From: Tubiluchus corallicola
Taxonomy: Eukaryota; Animalia; Priapulida
Reading direction: 5' to 3'
Length of the DNA stretch: 64,000 nucleotides
NCBI GenBank assembly: GCA_030141605.1
Contig: JAQGDQ010000196.1
Coordinates: forward strand, 344,394-408,393
In this document: one piece after another, positions 1-14,600 of the stretch
Layout: the number at the start of each line of letters is the position of its first letter
Position numbering within the stretch: position 1 is the first letter of the stretch
Made by a program: the position numbers and the translations under genes
The notes under the pieces: generated by a model
What the model was told of the DNA's origin: nothing
The model's input: the letters and a program-made list of their open reading frames with translations, nothing else
Database searches by the model: none

Positions 1-246
1 AGAGGGAAAATAAGAGAGGAAGAGAAGCTTAAACGAACGAAAAAGTATGAATCGGAAGTGGTATCAATTTACTATGCATGAGTTCTGTTTCATATACGCC
101 GTAGCAGCAACGGTATGTCATGCATTTTTAACATCATATAGGTTGCTTTATATTACTATCTCCTATAGTAATTAATAATGTACGAAATAGACGGTCAGTC
201 TTGATTCGATCGTCAGCGTTGCAATTTAGGATAACAGAGAAACGCA

Positions 247-580
247 ACAGCTTACCGGGCTTTCTACAGCTTACCTGACTTTGTACAGCTTACCCGGTTT
301 TCACAGCTTACTCAGCTTTCTACAGATTACCTGACTTTCTGAAGATTACCAGCCTTTCTGCAACTTACCTGGCTTTCTGCAACTTGCCTGGTTTTCTACA
401 GCTTACCCAGCTGTCGGCCACTTAGATGGCTTTCTACAGTTTACCTGCTCTCTACAGCTTACCCGGCTTTCTGCAACTTACATGGCTTTCTACAGTTTAC
501 CTGGCTTTCTACAGATTACCCGGTTTTCTGCAACTTACATGGCTTTCTACAGTTTACCTGCTTTCTACAGATTACCCGAT
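247..580. repeat. 19-bp minisatellite (consensus ~ACAGCTTACCTGGCTTTCT), roughly 17 degenerate copies
   Basis: Head-to-tail variants (acagcttacctgactttgt, acagattacctgactttct, gcaacttacctggctttct) with no unique spacers. A 3-unit higher-order period is visible in the spurious ORF 426..674. Confidence 0.9.
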
Positions 581-2065
581 TTTCTTTATTGTACATAAAA
601 CGCTTCTGCCTAGTCGTAAATACATGCCACAGTCAATGAAATGTTTAGTGCACTCTATTGGAATAGAAATTTGAGGAAACACTGGTTACGTGGATTTCAA
701 CATTTTGATGACAAGTTATTGCGTTGCCTTCAAGTTCAATTTTTAACTTATTTCACGTTTTTGCGTCTTTCTGCCCATAAGTGTGGGCCACTAGGTTCAA
801 CAAATTATGCGGTTAACAGTTCTAATTTACGTGTGCTTTATTTTTGTATACTACTTATACACAGAAAACGATATATCAGAGTCACAATTAACAAAATAAT
901 AAATTTCACGAGAAATGATGTTGCAACAAGCTAAAAGTTTAAAAAGCCCGCCCAGTCTTACGACACTATGGGAATCCATCTTAGCAGTTATAGCTGAAGT
1001 TACAGTATTGAGATACATAGTGGTACTAATGAGCTATCACCTTGCTCAAAGTCGTTGATTTCTGCATACCATGTAGCGTACCCGTATGCCAATGATTCTA
1101 ACCCTGCAGGCCACGGCCTGTCAACCAGGACTTTTTCAATCTTAGCTTAATTTTATTCTGTGTAGGTTTGCAGTGTATGATGCGTTTTCTGATTTTGATT
1201 TTGAAGCACTGGCTAATGCACGACGTCAATGAGTGTGGTTTCATTGAATTCCCAAAATCCTTTAAGGTGAAATGCACAATAAGTTTAAAAAGAATAAAAA
1301 AGTAAGAAAGAATAATAAAAACTTTTATAAAGTCATATTAAAGGTAAAACAGCTCAACCTTGCAGGTATAAACATGTAAGTGTCCCTAAAGGGTAAATAC
1401 GAACTGAAGCTTTCCTTATAAAGGTCACATTGTCATTCAGTGATTAATCAATTGACTTAGTCTACAAAGCCAGTGGTCATTTTTCAATCGAATTTACGAT
1501 GTGTCACACGACAGTTTATCTACAGTTCGCTTTCACATATTTTACATATTATCCTTTCTCAAACTACATGCTAATGATTTACATTCTATGTTTGAGTAAT
1601 TACGGTATCATGCATATTACATGGCTAGCGTTGTTGTGAGAGTATTTGCAGCGTGATGTGGTTTTTATTGACCGTGCTACTCTCTGTACCTTACGAGAGC
1701 TTGTGCAGCGATATGTCATTGCGCCTGATCTGCATATTTATACAAGCCGAAGCTGAGTGCATGATATGTGTTTAGAATATAATATTGCATGAAATTATGC
1801 TCTCAGAGAGATGGTAAACGTTGAAGTGGACATTTGCTATGATTTATAAGCTATGGGCAGAAAGTTGGACGAACGCCGTTTGCCATGCTATTAATTTCAA
1901 GAAGAAAGTTTTGTTTTCACATTTTAAAGAAATTCCAATTACGTTTAACTGCTGAAAGGCCGCAACGTATACATAATGTGACCAGTTAATTAAAATAAGT
2001 GATGAAAATTCTGCTATCTATTCATTCCAGGCATACAATATGATATTAATATAAACGAGTGTTTA

Positions 2066-2168
2066 GGCAACAGGAATGGCAGAATGGTTACTATATGTGG
2101 TTGATGACCGAAGTTAAGCAACAATTGCCATAGTCAATAAATGGATGGGTTACCACCGGGAGCAATAC
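2066..2168 (+). mobile_element. 5S rRNA-derived fragment, probably a SINE3-type head, possibly preceded by a tRNA A-box
   Basis: gatgaccgaagttaagcaac...tggatgggttacc matches the 5S internal control region (box A GAAGTTAAGC, box C TGGATGGGTGACC). It is degenerate and lacks the 5S termini. tggcagaatggtta just upstream is A-box-like. Confidence 0.6.
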
Positions 2169-3108
2169 TCATTTTAAGTGGTTAAGATTTCACCGCCGTC
2201 TTAGTGTCATCTTGAGGTTAATCCCAATAATTACCTAGATACAGGTCCTGCCACAATGTTAATTAGGCTCTTTCATTGAGTGCTGAATCCCAGTGTGTAA
2301 TGTCCTGAACTTTCTGAAGAATCATCCTACATGTAACATATTTCTTACACAAAAATAACAAGTTTTCCATAGTTTCATTCCTAACGTCGCGTAGCTAATA
2401 AACAAGTTTACAAATAATCAACCATTAACTTTCTCCACCAAATATTAAAAGGTGTATTTCCACACATATCTTAATCTAATTTAAAAAATATATAATAATT
2501 AAATTTTAAAGTTATTAAAGTTAATAAGTAAGTAAAGTTATAATAAGCGTATAGAGTAACATGCACACGCGCCCAAGCACGCACACGCTCATGCACACGC
2601 GGTTAATATGTCTTGGGGTTGTAGGATAACGAATAAATATTGGGCCAGAACCCGTTTTTTAAGTTCAGTTACAAAATGATTTGTCACATGGCTATGGCTA
2701 TGGCCTTGAGCCATGACTATTTGGCTATAGAGTGACTAAGGAGGTGTGTCATGACCCATAGACATCGACCTCGGGACATATAGGCCTCACCTTGTTATTA
2801 GTTAATGAAATTTTACATCTTTGTTGCAGTTCATCTTATTTTCAATAAACATAGCGCTTGTACAAGTCTATAATGTGTTTACTGCATTCTGATAATTACA
2901 CGTAAATTAATATTCCCTTAAACTCTAACTGAATTGTCGTCTGCTGAATTCTACGTACACAATCACATTGTGTGAAGATTGTGGGTTCAACTGTAGCAGC
3001 CTAATTCACTGGCTTCAGAGGAAGAGAAATTATAGTTGCAGCCAGCAAGTGTTATGCTAGTAATAATTAGCACAGCATCTGCCTACTAGTCTATAGTTTC
3101 ATACCTTT

Positions 3109-3140
3109 GTGCGCATGCGCACACGTACCGGAATTATAAA
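3109..3140 (+). promoter_or_regulatory. Candidate Pol II promoter: NRF1/Ewg-type palindrome, ETS core and TATA
   Basis: Perfect palindrome GTGCGCATGCGCAC (3109-3122), then CCGGAA and TATAAA (3135-3140) within 32 bp. Motif evidence only. Confidence 0.3.
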
Positions 3141-6105
3141 TGCTGCGTGAATTGGAAATGAACGCATTAGACCTGTATAACACCTGTAGAATAAAGGCAC
3201 CAGAACGCCATTAAATGGTGATACTTCATATAACGTAATTGTTTATACTGCGGTGGAAAGTAAATCTGATGTGTAGTATTGGGTATTAGTATCAACACAA
3301 GCGAAATTGGGTTGCCATGTAGAGCGTGACTGCGTTTATCGAATGCAGTAGCCTGGAAGTGGATTTCTTGGCTTCAATTTAAGTGTAGGCATAGGGAGGC
3401 CAGGATAAACAAGATTTATGTGCTGAGGTTGAGAGGTTGACACCGGAACTGTGCAGTGTGAGACTCGCTGAGTCCGTTGCTGTTACCGTTACCTTGGTGA
3501 TTCTGGTATAAGGGCGATTGGATGCTGCAGCCATGGTTACCCCAGCTGATTAGCAGGTATTTGCCCATTGTACGTAATGTTAGGTAGGCATGCTGTACGT
3601 ATTCTCAATTAGCATAGTTATATCAGCCAAAAAATTTTATATAAAAACGCAATTAAAAATGGCTCAGTTGATATTTTGCTAGTGCAATTAAGTAACACAT
3701 TGTGTTGTCTACAAAGCGTTTTTACTGTACATTTACTTTACCTTCTCTTAAAAGGTTTACTTTTAAAGTTAGTTAACATGCAAGTACCGAATTTACTTGC
3801 ATATTAGTATAGTTGAATATACTTGTAGAATCTCAGTATTGTTTCTGAGATCAATGAGAAAGCCAGATCCTCGGAAAGAAAGAAGCCAGCCTGCAACCAA
3901 AAGGAACGCACTGTCATTTCAATTATGAGTTCTTGGTGTATTTTCGGTTGTGTAATTTTAGCTCTGCTAACTGCATGGTTGAAGGTTCTGTTGCTCGCGT
4001 AATGGTTTTCCACAGACCACACAGGAATTTCACGGGAAAAATGTTTGTCCGCGGCAACCAGCTACTATACATAGCCGTGTAGTCGCTTTTAGCTATTTAT
4101 TGTTTTATTCAACATTATAGCTTGCTAGAACTGACTTTTACGTTATTCACAGTATAAATTTTTGTAGCTTTATACTCAAATAAATTCAATTCAATTCAAT
4201 TCTACAAAACCAGTAACGAAATAGTAACAATTTTACACAGTTTTAGGTGAATATTATGCAAATAGAATATCTAAAAACTTTTATTACCTTGGTACTTGCC
4301 AGTAATATCTTTAAGCTGAATAGTAGGTTAGCTGAATAGAATGTAGAACTTTTCTGTATTTATGGTTTGGAGTGCGGAAATTTGAGCATGTAAATGTAAA
4401 TGTGTGGAAAAAATGGAAATGTGGCTTAACAAAAACGTAAAGTTGGATGACCTTTTCAAATTCGATTCGCGTTTTTGCTATGTTCTTGTCTTGGGCTTGT
4501 ACGTGTCGTATAGCAGTATATCTCAGCTTAACTGTGAGAAACCGCACTTTGCCATATTTCTGCTGGTTTTATAGTAACAGAACACCACCATAAATAATTG
4601 AAAAAGCTCACAGTCGGATGTTGATAGCAACTATACTGCGTTCATTCACGTGTGTGTGTTTAATTAGCCGATCAGCATCCCTAGAGAATCATATGAAGCC
4701 ATAATGATACTGCTTGAACTTCATTGTAACACCTAACAGTACTCTGTGTCTCTAGATGTTAGAGGATGCTGAATCTCAAGCGACTTATGGGCAGGTAATT
4801 GGTTCTAATCATCTGGTCGTGTAGATTGTATCCTTGGCTGATTGTGTGTCGCTAAAATTGTCTGAAATAACTGGAAAGATGACAGCCAAGATGGCCGTAA
4901 ATTGAATCAAATTGCAAGATTAGGTGGGTTTCGCTGCGATGTAGAATGTTTGAAAGATGTGCTTGCATGTTAGAAGAGCAAGTTGTAAAAATCATTCACC
5001 AAACTACACTAAGTAGATAAGATGAGAATTTAGACACTAGGGAAGTTGCAAATATGAAAGACGTGGAAGAGATTTAAATAATAACTGGTCACAGTGTTTC
5101 TGCGTTTCTCAGAATCCTGATATCTCAGCTTTGTATATACTAATTTATGTCATTGCACCTTTGCATGTATGTGTAAGTTACTTAACTTGGTCAAAATGTA
5201 TGCATATGCTGCATAACCCGTGTTCACAATAAGAAACGAATGATTATGATATTAAATATGTAATTAAAATTAATTACGCAATTAAAAATTTGAAAAAGGC
5301 GAAATGTGCTATTGATACGTGATGTGTGATGTGTTTTAATGGTAATGATAAATTTCTCATTTCAGTTAAAAATGGTTTATCAGTACATAAAAGCAACTTA
5401 TTTGTGAACTTTGTAACTAGATTTCGTGTTGAGCGGCTATTCAAAAACTAAATTTAATTTTTTTTATGTATTTCAGTAAACTCTATTATGGAAAGCCTTA
5501 GCGAGATGCTAATATGTAGTTAGATTCAACACACATCAGTAACCGATTTTATACCATACAGTAGCGCCATTAAGGCGTCAGTAAGCCTATTATAATTATT
5601 GAAGTTCATTTTTTATTAAATATTACCTATTTACCCACGCTCGCCTATAATTATATCGTAACTCAATATGTTAATCCATCATTTAGAATTAATCCAACCA
5701 TTTATTTTCAACCTCGTCTCATTTTATCCTTAACTTTCTATCTAGGCTCTACGTTTGTCACACATCCCAGCTTTCACTGTTGCTAAACCTTTCTGCGACT
5801 TAAATGCCATTTATAATAAATGTACTACAATAATGTACACTTGTAATTTTCTTATTAGATATGAATCACATCCGATAAGTTTTGGTATAGGGATTTCTTC
5901 CTGTTGGGAACATCAGTATAATTTATGTTTATGAAAGTATGTAATCTATCTACCATGGATAATCTTAAAACAAAAATACAGTCGAAACGAGTTGCCACCT
6001 TAAACTATAAGACTGGGAGAATGGAACCGAGTAAAACAAGAGGAACTTTTTAAACAATCAGAGAAGGTAATTACATTCCTAGTGCGATATTTCGACAATG
6101 ATAGT

Positions 6106-6270
6106 TTGTCGTGAGTTGTGAAACATTTGTTAGCTTACTGAAATGATTCCGAGTCAACTGATGGGGATAATTGAAAATTATCACTTGTTGCCCGGCAACT
6201 TCAGCTTCAGCAGCGGCGCCGCGCAATTTTCATCGCCTTTAGTCATCAACTCTACACAATTTCACGACAA
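6106..6270. mobile_element. Degenerate palindromic MITE-like remnant
   Basis: Imperfect inverted pair ttgtcgtgagttgtg (6106-6120) / cacaatttcacgacaa (6255-6270). Confidence 0.3.
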
Positions 6271-6771
6271 CAGATGAATTGATTATTATAATTCTTTAAA
6301 ATAAAACTTGTTTATAAAGTAATTTCTTAGCTTGAAACGAACGAATGTCAGAAATATTTTTAAGTATCCTTGGAGGCAAATTAGTTTAGATTAAGAATTT
6401 CATTTCACGTGAAGCGAAGTGAATATCTGCGTGATCACGACGTGTTCTTCGTGACGGAAGTTAAGAACAGGTGAAAAAATGCTCACGCAACCTCAAGCCG
6501 AGCAGTGATTGAGAACTACTTGCAGATATGTTCGACAGCAACAACAATAAGTGGTTTTTGGTACAACGTACCTCTTGCGGCAGCACTTCCTGAAGTTTGC
6601 CATTTTGGGGTTGATTTTATGCTTCCTGTGTAATTTGTTTAGTTCTTTTAATAACAGAGCCAGATTCTTAACGCATTCTACTAATTTCCTCATAAAACGT
6701 TAAAAAAGAGAATAACATTGGCGAAAAATGACGAAAAAAAAAATGATCAAGAAAAACAAACACCATCACTG

Positions 6772-6810
6772 CAACAACAACAACTACAACAACAACAACA
6801 ACAACAACAA
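6772..6810. repeat. (CAA)n microsatellite
   Basis: Direct reading. Confidence 0.9.
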
Positions 6811-7318
6811 GTACGTCGATCAAAAAATATCATACTAATTAACATTGCAGGCCTACAGGCTTCTTCTTTAAGCTTAATTTTTTTCCAATAAACATTGATA
6901 CTGCTGCTACTGCAGTGATGTTTTTCCACGATGGGTCGAAAGTTTATACACAATAATTACAAACCCCGCGGTTTATTGACAGTAATCTGTTGTCCAACGA
7001 GTGATTGTTAACCGTCTTTATCGTTCTGCATGGAAGATGCTCTCATGTCCAGCCGTTTCGAGAGGCGGTTGAATAACTTGAATACATGTGACAAAGAAAT
7101 TTCTGCGAATTTATGCTTAATGATGTAAAGTGATTTTATTACTGACACTTCTATATTAACTTGTGGTGTACCTTATAGGCGTTCTGAGCTTGTATGAAAT
7201 TTTAGTTATCTGACCGATCCACTTATGATTGTTTTTGGCTCATAATGGCAACACGAGAAAAGTTTTCACAGTTTATATGACCTGCTATAATTAAGTAAAC
7301 GCACAACAGATGTAACAT

Positions 7319-7321
<3 letters not shown>

Positions 7322-7356
<35 letters not shown>

Positions 7357-7367
7357 GATTATTATTA

Positions 7368-7433
<66 letters not shown>
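7322..7433. repeat. (ATT)n microsatellite
   Basis: Direct reading. Confidence 0.97.
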
Positions 7434-7435
<2 letters not shown>

Positions 7436-7805
7436 AGAGGCACAATTACTATAATTGTTATTTTGTGATAATAATAATAATCACCATACTAATGCTCTCC
7501 CAACTGCATAGTGACGCCTTCAACTAGTATTTGTTTCAGTAACTGGTAACATTTTCATAACTTTAGATATCTTGCTTTTAACTTTGTTTTTTTAAATTTT
7601 ATGCATAAACACAAAATAGACGCCAACCAATAAATTTCTTACACTTGCCGGCCAAAAACAGACACTGTTAATCAATAGCAAGTTAGTTTAAGATTTTGTT
7701 TTCTGGTGCTGTGTTTAAATTTTCACTTCTTAAGTGTAGTTAATTTGTTTAACTTCTTTGTGTAAAAACATATATTTGCAGGCCTAAATCAACATTTGGG
7801 TTAAT

Positions 7806-8000
7806 TGGCGTTTATGTAGCTTCCGGAATGCGCATGCGTTATGGGAGTGCGAAGTAGATGAAATCAGTTTATATTATTTTCAATGCACCCGTTCATATGA
7901 CCTGCGTTATGCGCTATTTTTTTCTGCAGTTATTTCTTATTAATTTTTTTATTCCGCAGGCGGAAACGCATAACGCGTTCCGGATGCTACATGAACACCA
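7806..8000. mobile_element. ~195-bp MITE, copy 1
   Basis: 27-bp imperfect TIRs tggcgtttatgtagcttccggaatgcg / cgcgttccggatgctacatgaacacca (4 mismatches). The internal sequence is shared with 35294-35468. Confidence 0.75.
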
Positions 8001-8515
8001 CTAGTCTGCTGTTTAGGAATTCTCACCCGTAACATATTATACGGGTTTACAGATCCCGTCCGGCAAAGAGATTGGGGAATCTACTCGTATGAATATTTCA
8101 TGAGTCTTCAAATATTTCACGAGTGTTCACGGTAACTCCTGGAAAAGCGGGAAACAATATCAATTACTGTAGACTACTTTGATGGCATAAAAACATTTTG
8201 ATATCGCGTTTGCTGCATCAAACAGATATAAAGTAGCACTTTATTGGCCAAAACAACGCGCAAGCAAACACATCGAGAGCCTTGTAGGTGATTTTAACTT
8301 CTGGAAATATCAGTGTAACAAGTGCACAATACGCCAACAACTATTATTCTGATCATTTTTGCTACCGATAACTGCAGCCAAAAAAGAAGGTGCAGACATA
8401 GCACTACTATCATTATTTAATTTCAGCTTAAGTTGTTTAACCAACGATATCATCCCCTCCTCCAGAATCTTTGCACTGATCACGCAGTTAACTATTAGTC
8501 GCTTAATTTAAATAC

Positions 8516-8645
8516 TAGTGGTAGTGGTAGTAGTGTTGGTAGTGGCAGCGGTAGCGGTAGCGATAGTGTGCAGCAGCAGCAGTGGCAGTGGCAGCAGAAG
8601 CGGCAGCAGCAGTAGCAGTAGCAATAGCAGTACCAGTAATAGTAA
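8516..8645. repeat. Degenerate (GTA/GCA/GTG)n trinucleotide tract
   Basis: Direct reading; source of the spurious Ser/Val/Cys-rich ORFs. Confidence 0.9.
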
Positions 8646-11600
8646 CTCAACCTTTTTGCAGAGACACTTAAATAGAACACTTAAATTTGTTTTGACTTCC
8701 TATCAGTCGAATACAATCGTATTGCAATAAAAATACATCATAACGTTTTAATTATATCCATTTGAAATTTCTTTAATTCAACTAATTGTTTGTTAGTGGC
8801 ACAAACTCTGTTATGATTTGTTATAAATCTGTTAATCATAGAATGAATAAAATTGGATCCAATTCCATAGATGATTGAAACTAATGTGATGTAACTGTAT
8901 TTCCATAGCCAAAGATTTTAGTATTGGCTGCAGGGAGCTGCTTAAAGGTGCACCTTAAATTCCGGTTAAATCCAAAACAAGATTTGTAAAACACTTTTCA
9001 GCGGAACACTAAACTGCATTACAATTCGATTAACAGGATGTGCATTCTGCCATCTTAAAGAACTTAGCTTCCCAAAAGTCACCGCGGGACGTCCCATAAT
9101 GCGCTGTTAAGAAAAACATCTCAGCGAGACTGGGCAAAGAAAGGTTTTTCGTACATCTATGTAGACGGTTTGAGATGCAGATGGATGCCACATGCTACGA
9201 AAAAACACATCTCGTTTTAGCTTATCCTTTCCTTATGTTCCTGTGGTGTGGAAGGGAGGTAAGGATGGTTCGGAAGATGTTCTTCGGTTAAATCCATTTT
9301 TAAAATCTTATGTAATAGTCGTTATTAATCGACCAATGTAACTGCGCAATAGCCTACACGATTTGCCGTCCGATAAGGGGTCGCTATCTTGAAAAGTTAT
9401 TATAATTAAAACGGGCTCTAGGCAGTTTGATGTCCTAGGCGAAAACTATTTGTAGCGTCGCCTCCTCAGCGGTCAACCCCCTTCCTTCATGGTTTTCATC
9501 CCACAGCCAAAATTGAATTTTGTTGCATGTATAAGTAGTACTTGTGTGTTAGGCTAATACATGTATTATAATGTGCTAATTAAGTGTAGTTAATTAACTA
9601 TCTACAGCATGTGTTGATTAAATGTAAAATTGAGTTTATGACCCAATTATACGTCCTGGATGTTCAGGAGCAATGAAAATTTCTTCTATTTTGCTAACAC
9701 TTTTCACGTACATGCTTTTGGCTAGATTTTTCCTGAATCTTTCCATCAATAAATTTTTGAAACACCAACTTCTCTTTTTATATCTATTTCACTAGTTTCA
9801 TCGTCTTTACAACCATAACTCTGGTCTGGTTGAAAATACTGACGTAGACATTCGATATAAGTAATTGTACTTCCAAGAGTGGAACTCATTTATTGTTTTA
9901 AACTAACTGTGTTCCTGTTGTATAGTTTTATCTTATGTGTATAGTTTTGTATTCTGCATTTCCTAATCGTTTTATATAGTACTCTACATATTGATTTAAA
10001 TCTAAAATGAAATAAAATAAAATAACATAAACATCTTTAGTGAATTTGTTTGTTGTTTAGTGTCCGCCTTTCGTTTCCTGTATTACGCTTCTGAAGGTAT
10101 ATTCGATTCTTATATGTTTTTCCGCTACAATTAGGCCAAGATTTTCCTATTGCGAAATCTTCTTGTTAGACAAACACTTTTTTATTAACAGGAGTAGATG
10201 CAATATGAACTGTAGGCAAAAGGAGGGAAATAACGTAATATTGGGAAACCAATTAAAACAAAAGTGGAAAGTGTTTTGCTGCAGGTCAGTGTCGATGAAT
10301 CATACATTTTCAAGAAATTTTTGACACAAATTAACACTTTGTACACAAAGAAATTTAGGCACAGTGACACGAGCTGAAGTTGAGTAGTGGTTATTTTGGA
10401 CATACAACACCTTGCAGATCACTCTGCCTGTGATTTTAGTACGAAGACATTTGACAAATAAGGCGAAAGTACAAAACGAGTTTTTTGGAGCTGCTTAAAT
10501 CACAAGAAGACACCCGTCATAAATAAAAAAATTGTCTTGAAATTTTTTGTCATTGTCTTATTGCATACAAACTTGCGCTAGCAGTAACACTGTATAAAAC
10601 TTTTAAATTAAAACTCCCGCGATGACTGTAGGTGTAGCAATTTTAACCATAAGTCGTTTGAAACAAATTTAGATAACATTGCATAAAGTTTGAAAAAATA
10701 ATAATCAGAATAGTTGTAGCACACTTTGTGCTAACTAAGCAAAAGTAAAAAATCACCTTATTTTGTTAGTAAGATCAATAATGTGTTTTGGTCTCGAAAT
10801 TTCCGAAAATTCAGAACGACTGTTCGTATTTCTACATATAAAATTGCAAAAACAGGTTTTTATCGCCGTATTTCAATTCCAATTCTTATATGTTAAATTT
10901 TAAACTTAAATTTACTGTATTTGTTGCTTGTCTATGATAGCACATTGCTGCTTTTTAAACGTTCTACATAAAAGTTTAAAAATTGATACTCAAATTGAAA
11001 ACTTTATCTTTTCCCAATTACTAGCTAAGCAGCATAAGCTAGAGGAAGTGTGTCTGACTCTAAAAGCTGATTATAATTTTGAAGCGGAAGTTTGTACCGA
11101 TGCTTCTTTCGTAATTACTGTGCAATGACCATGTTTCTTTGACGCGAACGTTGCCATATAAGTAATTTTGACTTTTGGAGCACAGTGTAACTTGGACGTC
11201 ACAAAAGCTCTCTGCAAGAATCATTTACAGTCATCCATCACAGCGCAGTCGTTAGTCTGCTGTGTGCTAGTTTAGAAGCCAGAGTTTTTATGGCTTCCCA
11301 AAGATAAATGAATGTTTTCAGCTGCAAGAGCGCGGCCTGACGCAAAAAAGCTAAAAACATCGTTGACCCGGTTTTAATGCCTTTGCGCATGCGGGGCGAA
11401 CATTTTACTTAACATGCAAAATTTGTAAACATATTTTCACTTGTTTTTTGGGTGATGTGACACCTACCATCGTGTATAAACGACTTTGGACTTGCTGAAT
11501 TGTAAAGAAGATTGAACGTTGTTCGGTAACACGGTTACACAGAAATTTAGGTACCTCTTAACTAGCGGATCTTGGTTTAATTACTGTTATTCGTATATCT

Positions 11601-14600
11601 GCCAAGCACTCAACTTCTGCGCAAATATTTGCTAGGTTTTGCTTAAGTTTTTGTTTAAGTTTTGACGTAAATCACTTACACTTGGCTATACATTTGCTTA
11701 CACTCCTTTCACCAGCTTATTTTTAAATCTGCTTAGGTTACTCATCTACTTTTACTTGCATTAGTTTTGTTAGTATACCTTGATTACATTTGTTTACATT
11801 ATTTACACTTGCCAACAGTTGCACACATTACTTCTGTTAGGTTATTTTGTTTACATTTGTTTATATAGTTACATTTACTTCAATTTGTTGGCATTGCTCC
11901 TATCGTCTTACTTCGTTTACACACGCCTACATCACTTACCTGCTCCACCATACCACTACATTATGTCTGCTAACTTACTTTGTTGAATTTGCTTAGATTA
12001 CTTACCTTAGATTATAATTCCTTTTCATAGTACAAGAAAAACATAGTATAAAACTTATTCATTTAAACTGTTACCTACGTTTTTATGCATCTTTTTGTGC
12101 AAAAATCGTTCTAATTTTAAAATAGATCAACCAAAAATTTCTAGACTTTGCACAACTCACTTATTGGCTTTCTTTGTTTGCAAAATGTTAAAATGGTTTT
12201 TAATTTGTACTATAATTCTGTAAATATTTATTGTGTTTTACATCCAGCTAATATTTACTAAATTTTTATAAACGTGAAACAATAAATTGAGTTTCAAATA
12301 AAAAAATGTAATAGGAAGTTAATTGTTTCCTAAGAATAAAGGCAGCTGCAGTTCTACTAGCATGAGAATACACGTAATAACATGACATGATCAGTCAAAC
12401 GTCTTGAGAATAATAAATTTCTCGTAAAAGCGTTATTGTCCAGAGTAGATTTATTGTATGTGCAGCTGAGCGTAGTTATACTGAGTATGTAGCCTTGGAC
12501 TATAGTGCGAGAGAGAGAAAGAGAGATTGAAATAATATTTCGAACAGTTAAGTTCATATATTTACAAATCCACGCAATTTCACACAAATACATACATGAA
12601 TAAATGTATACTTGAATAATTAAATAACTTGGTGTCAATATTGTAATGCTGGCGATGGTGTCGATTCACTGCAGTACACTTCATTGTAAAACGTGAATTA
12701 GCGAAAAAACAGAGAATTTTTGTAAAATGAACTGGCCAGAACCCAGTGTGCTCCATGTTAATTCTACGGAACAGGTGCTGAGATGTTAATCGCATCTGTC
12801 AGTCAGCCAGTGGAACCGATGAGACCACTCCATATCACCTACTCATAGCTGCTATTCAATGCCGATATGGAATGGCTTCGTAATGTATTAAACCATCACA
12901 ATGTGGTGGTAGGGGTGAAAAGAAATGTCATTTCGCCGCCGTAACTATTAGCTAAAAGTTTAAACACAATTGCTTTTTCGTTCTCAGCATTACAGACAGA
13001 CAGTTCTAAACAGATTGTGTTGCACTTTGTTGCCTATATAATAAAGTTCCCCACTTCTTTCTAATTATGCATGGTGAAACAGACATCACTTTTAAACATA
13101 CAAATTACATTTGAACTGCTGTTCGTACGGATTAGTAAGCTATTTACATATCTTCTGTGTATTACCACGAATTATTTTAAATTTAGTTGTATAGACATAG
13201 ATCTGCGAAATAGTCGATATAAAATTTTTCAAATCTTCTTTATTTGAATTTTTTCACAAATCTTTGCGTTTGTTTGTTAAAACATCTGTCAGATCATACA
13301 AATCACCAGATATGTTAATGGAATTAAACATAATTGTTATAATTATCACAAAAACGAGACAAAATAGAGATAATTTAAACTAATTTTTAACCTTAAGTAG
13401 CAATAGTTATCCAGAAGCTATGAAAGCAAGACACTGACAATAACTGTAGAGGCAAGCGAATTAAACTCTCTACCGGTACACGCCGAAAAGCCAAGATATG
13501 TATGGTTGTGGAAATGCGACTAACCCTTCTAGTCCTATCACCAGAGGCTCTGAAAGGGCAAATAAAATAACTTGAGTAATGGCTTAAACCGCTTGTTGAC
13601 TTATCGTCAAAAATCTAAATACACTGCACCCTGTAATGGTGCGAGTAATTAATTAGTCAAGCTATAAATAGTACAGCTGCGTCACCGTGCCAATAAGAGA
13701 CTTGAAATGACAGTATTTCTCAAGAATGATTAACATCTCAATGTGAACGCGTTACGAGCAGCTATCTTAAAAGGCGCTGTTATTGCTGAATAAGTCATTT
13801 TGACTTCGATGGTCGAAATGGAATGTCGGGTACCATATCTGACTTCATCATTTACAAATAAGGGAATGATGTGGTATTTTTGATTGATTAAATAAGAAGG
13901 AACGTTGGCTAAACAATGTTGGACGCCCCCTGGGTTTGTAAAACGTCATCTGAAGCTTTTAGTCCATTTCTAACTTTTACCCTGGCGACTGGCGTGCTGT
14001 CCATGCTTTTAGTGGGCTTCTAAGTTTTGTCCCAGTGAGATTTCAACGCTGAAATGTTCGTCTCAGCCTCTTACATCAGTTTATGATTAACGTCATTATC
14101 AAGGAAACGATGCCATGGCATATCGTTGTAGTTCTAAAACTGTGCAAGAAGATGTAATATTCCACAGGCTCTGAAATGCTCTAAAAGTTTTGTTATTGTA
14201 TGGCGAAAGAGGCGAATTCATACATTTAAGCCGCTAGACATAATTTACAGGATTTTTTAGACACGGTACAAGAGCAAAAACTACAGCGTCTATGACTTGA
14301 ATCAAATGAAGACTACACCCATTCAAATGAGTGTAACAAACCACAAGTTAAACTTTCTATCTTCTGTGTGTAAAGCCCCTACTGTGCTCTAGAGTCTAGA
14401 TAATCTGGATCCAGGCGGAAACGCATTTTAATTGATGTTATTAGTTTACTATCTGCTTATATCAAGTATGGCATGGCAACACACTGAACATCTGATAATT
14501 TACACTGACAAGCTGCTCAGTAGGGAAGCCTATACTCCTGTTTAGAATATACATGTCTTCCATGTTGTTTAACAAGCTGCAATCCACTTTTCTAGTTTAT

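Noticed and set aside
247-674. Repeat array as a CRISPR, or ORF 426..674 as a repeat protein
   Set aside because: Units are contiguous 19-mers with no unique spacers, there are no cas genes and the context is eukaryotic. The ORF is simply the translated minisatellite.
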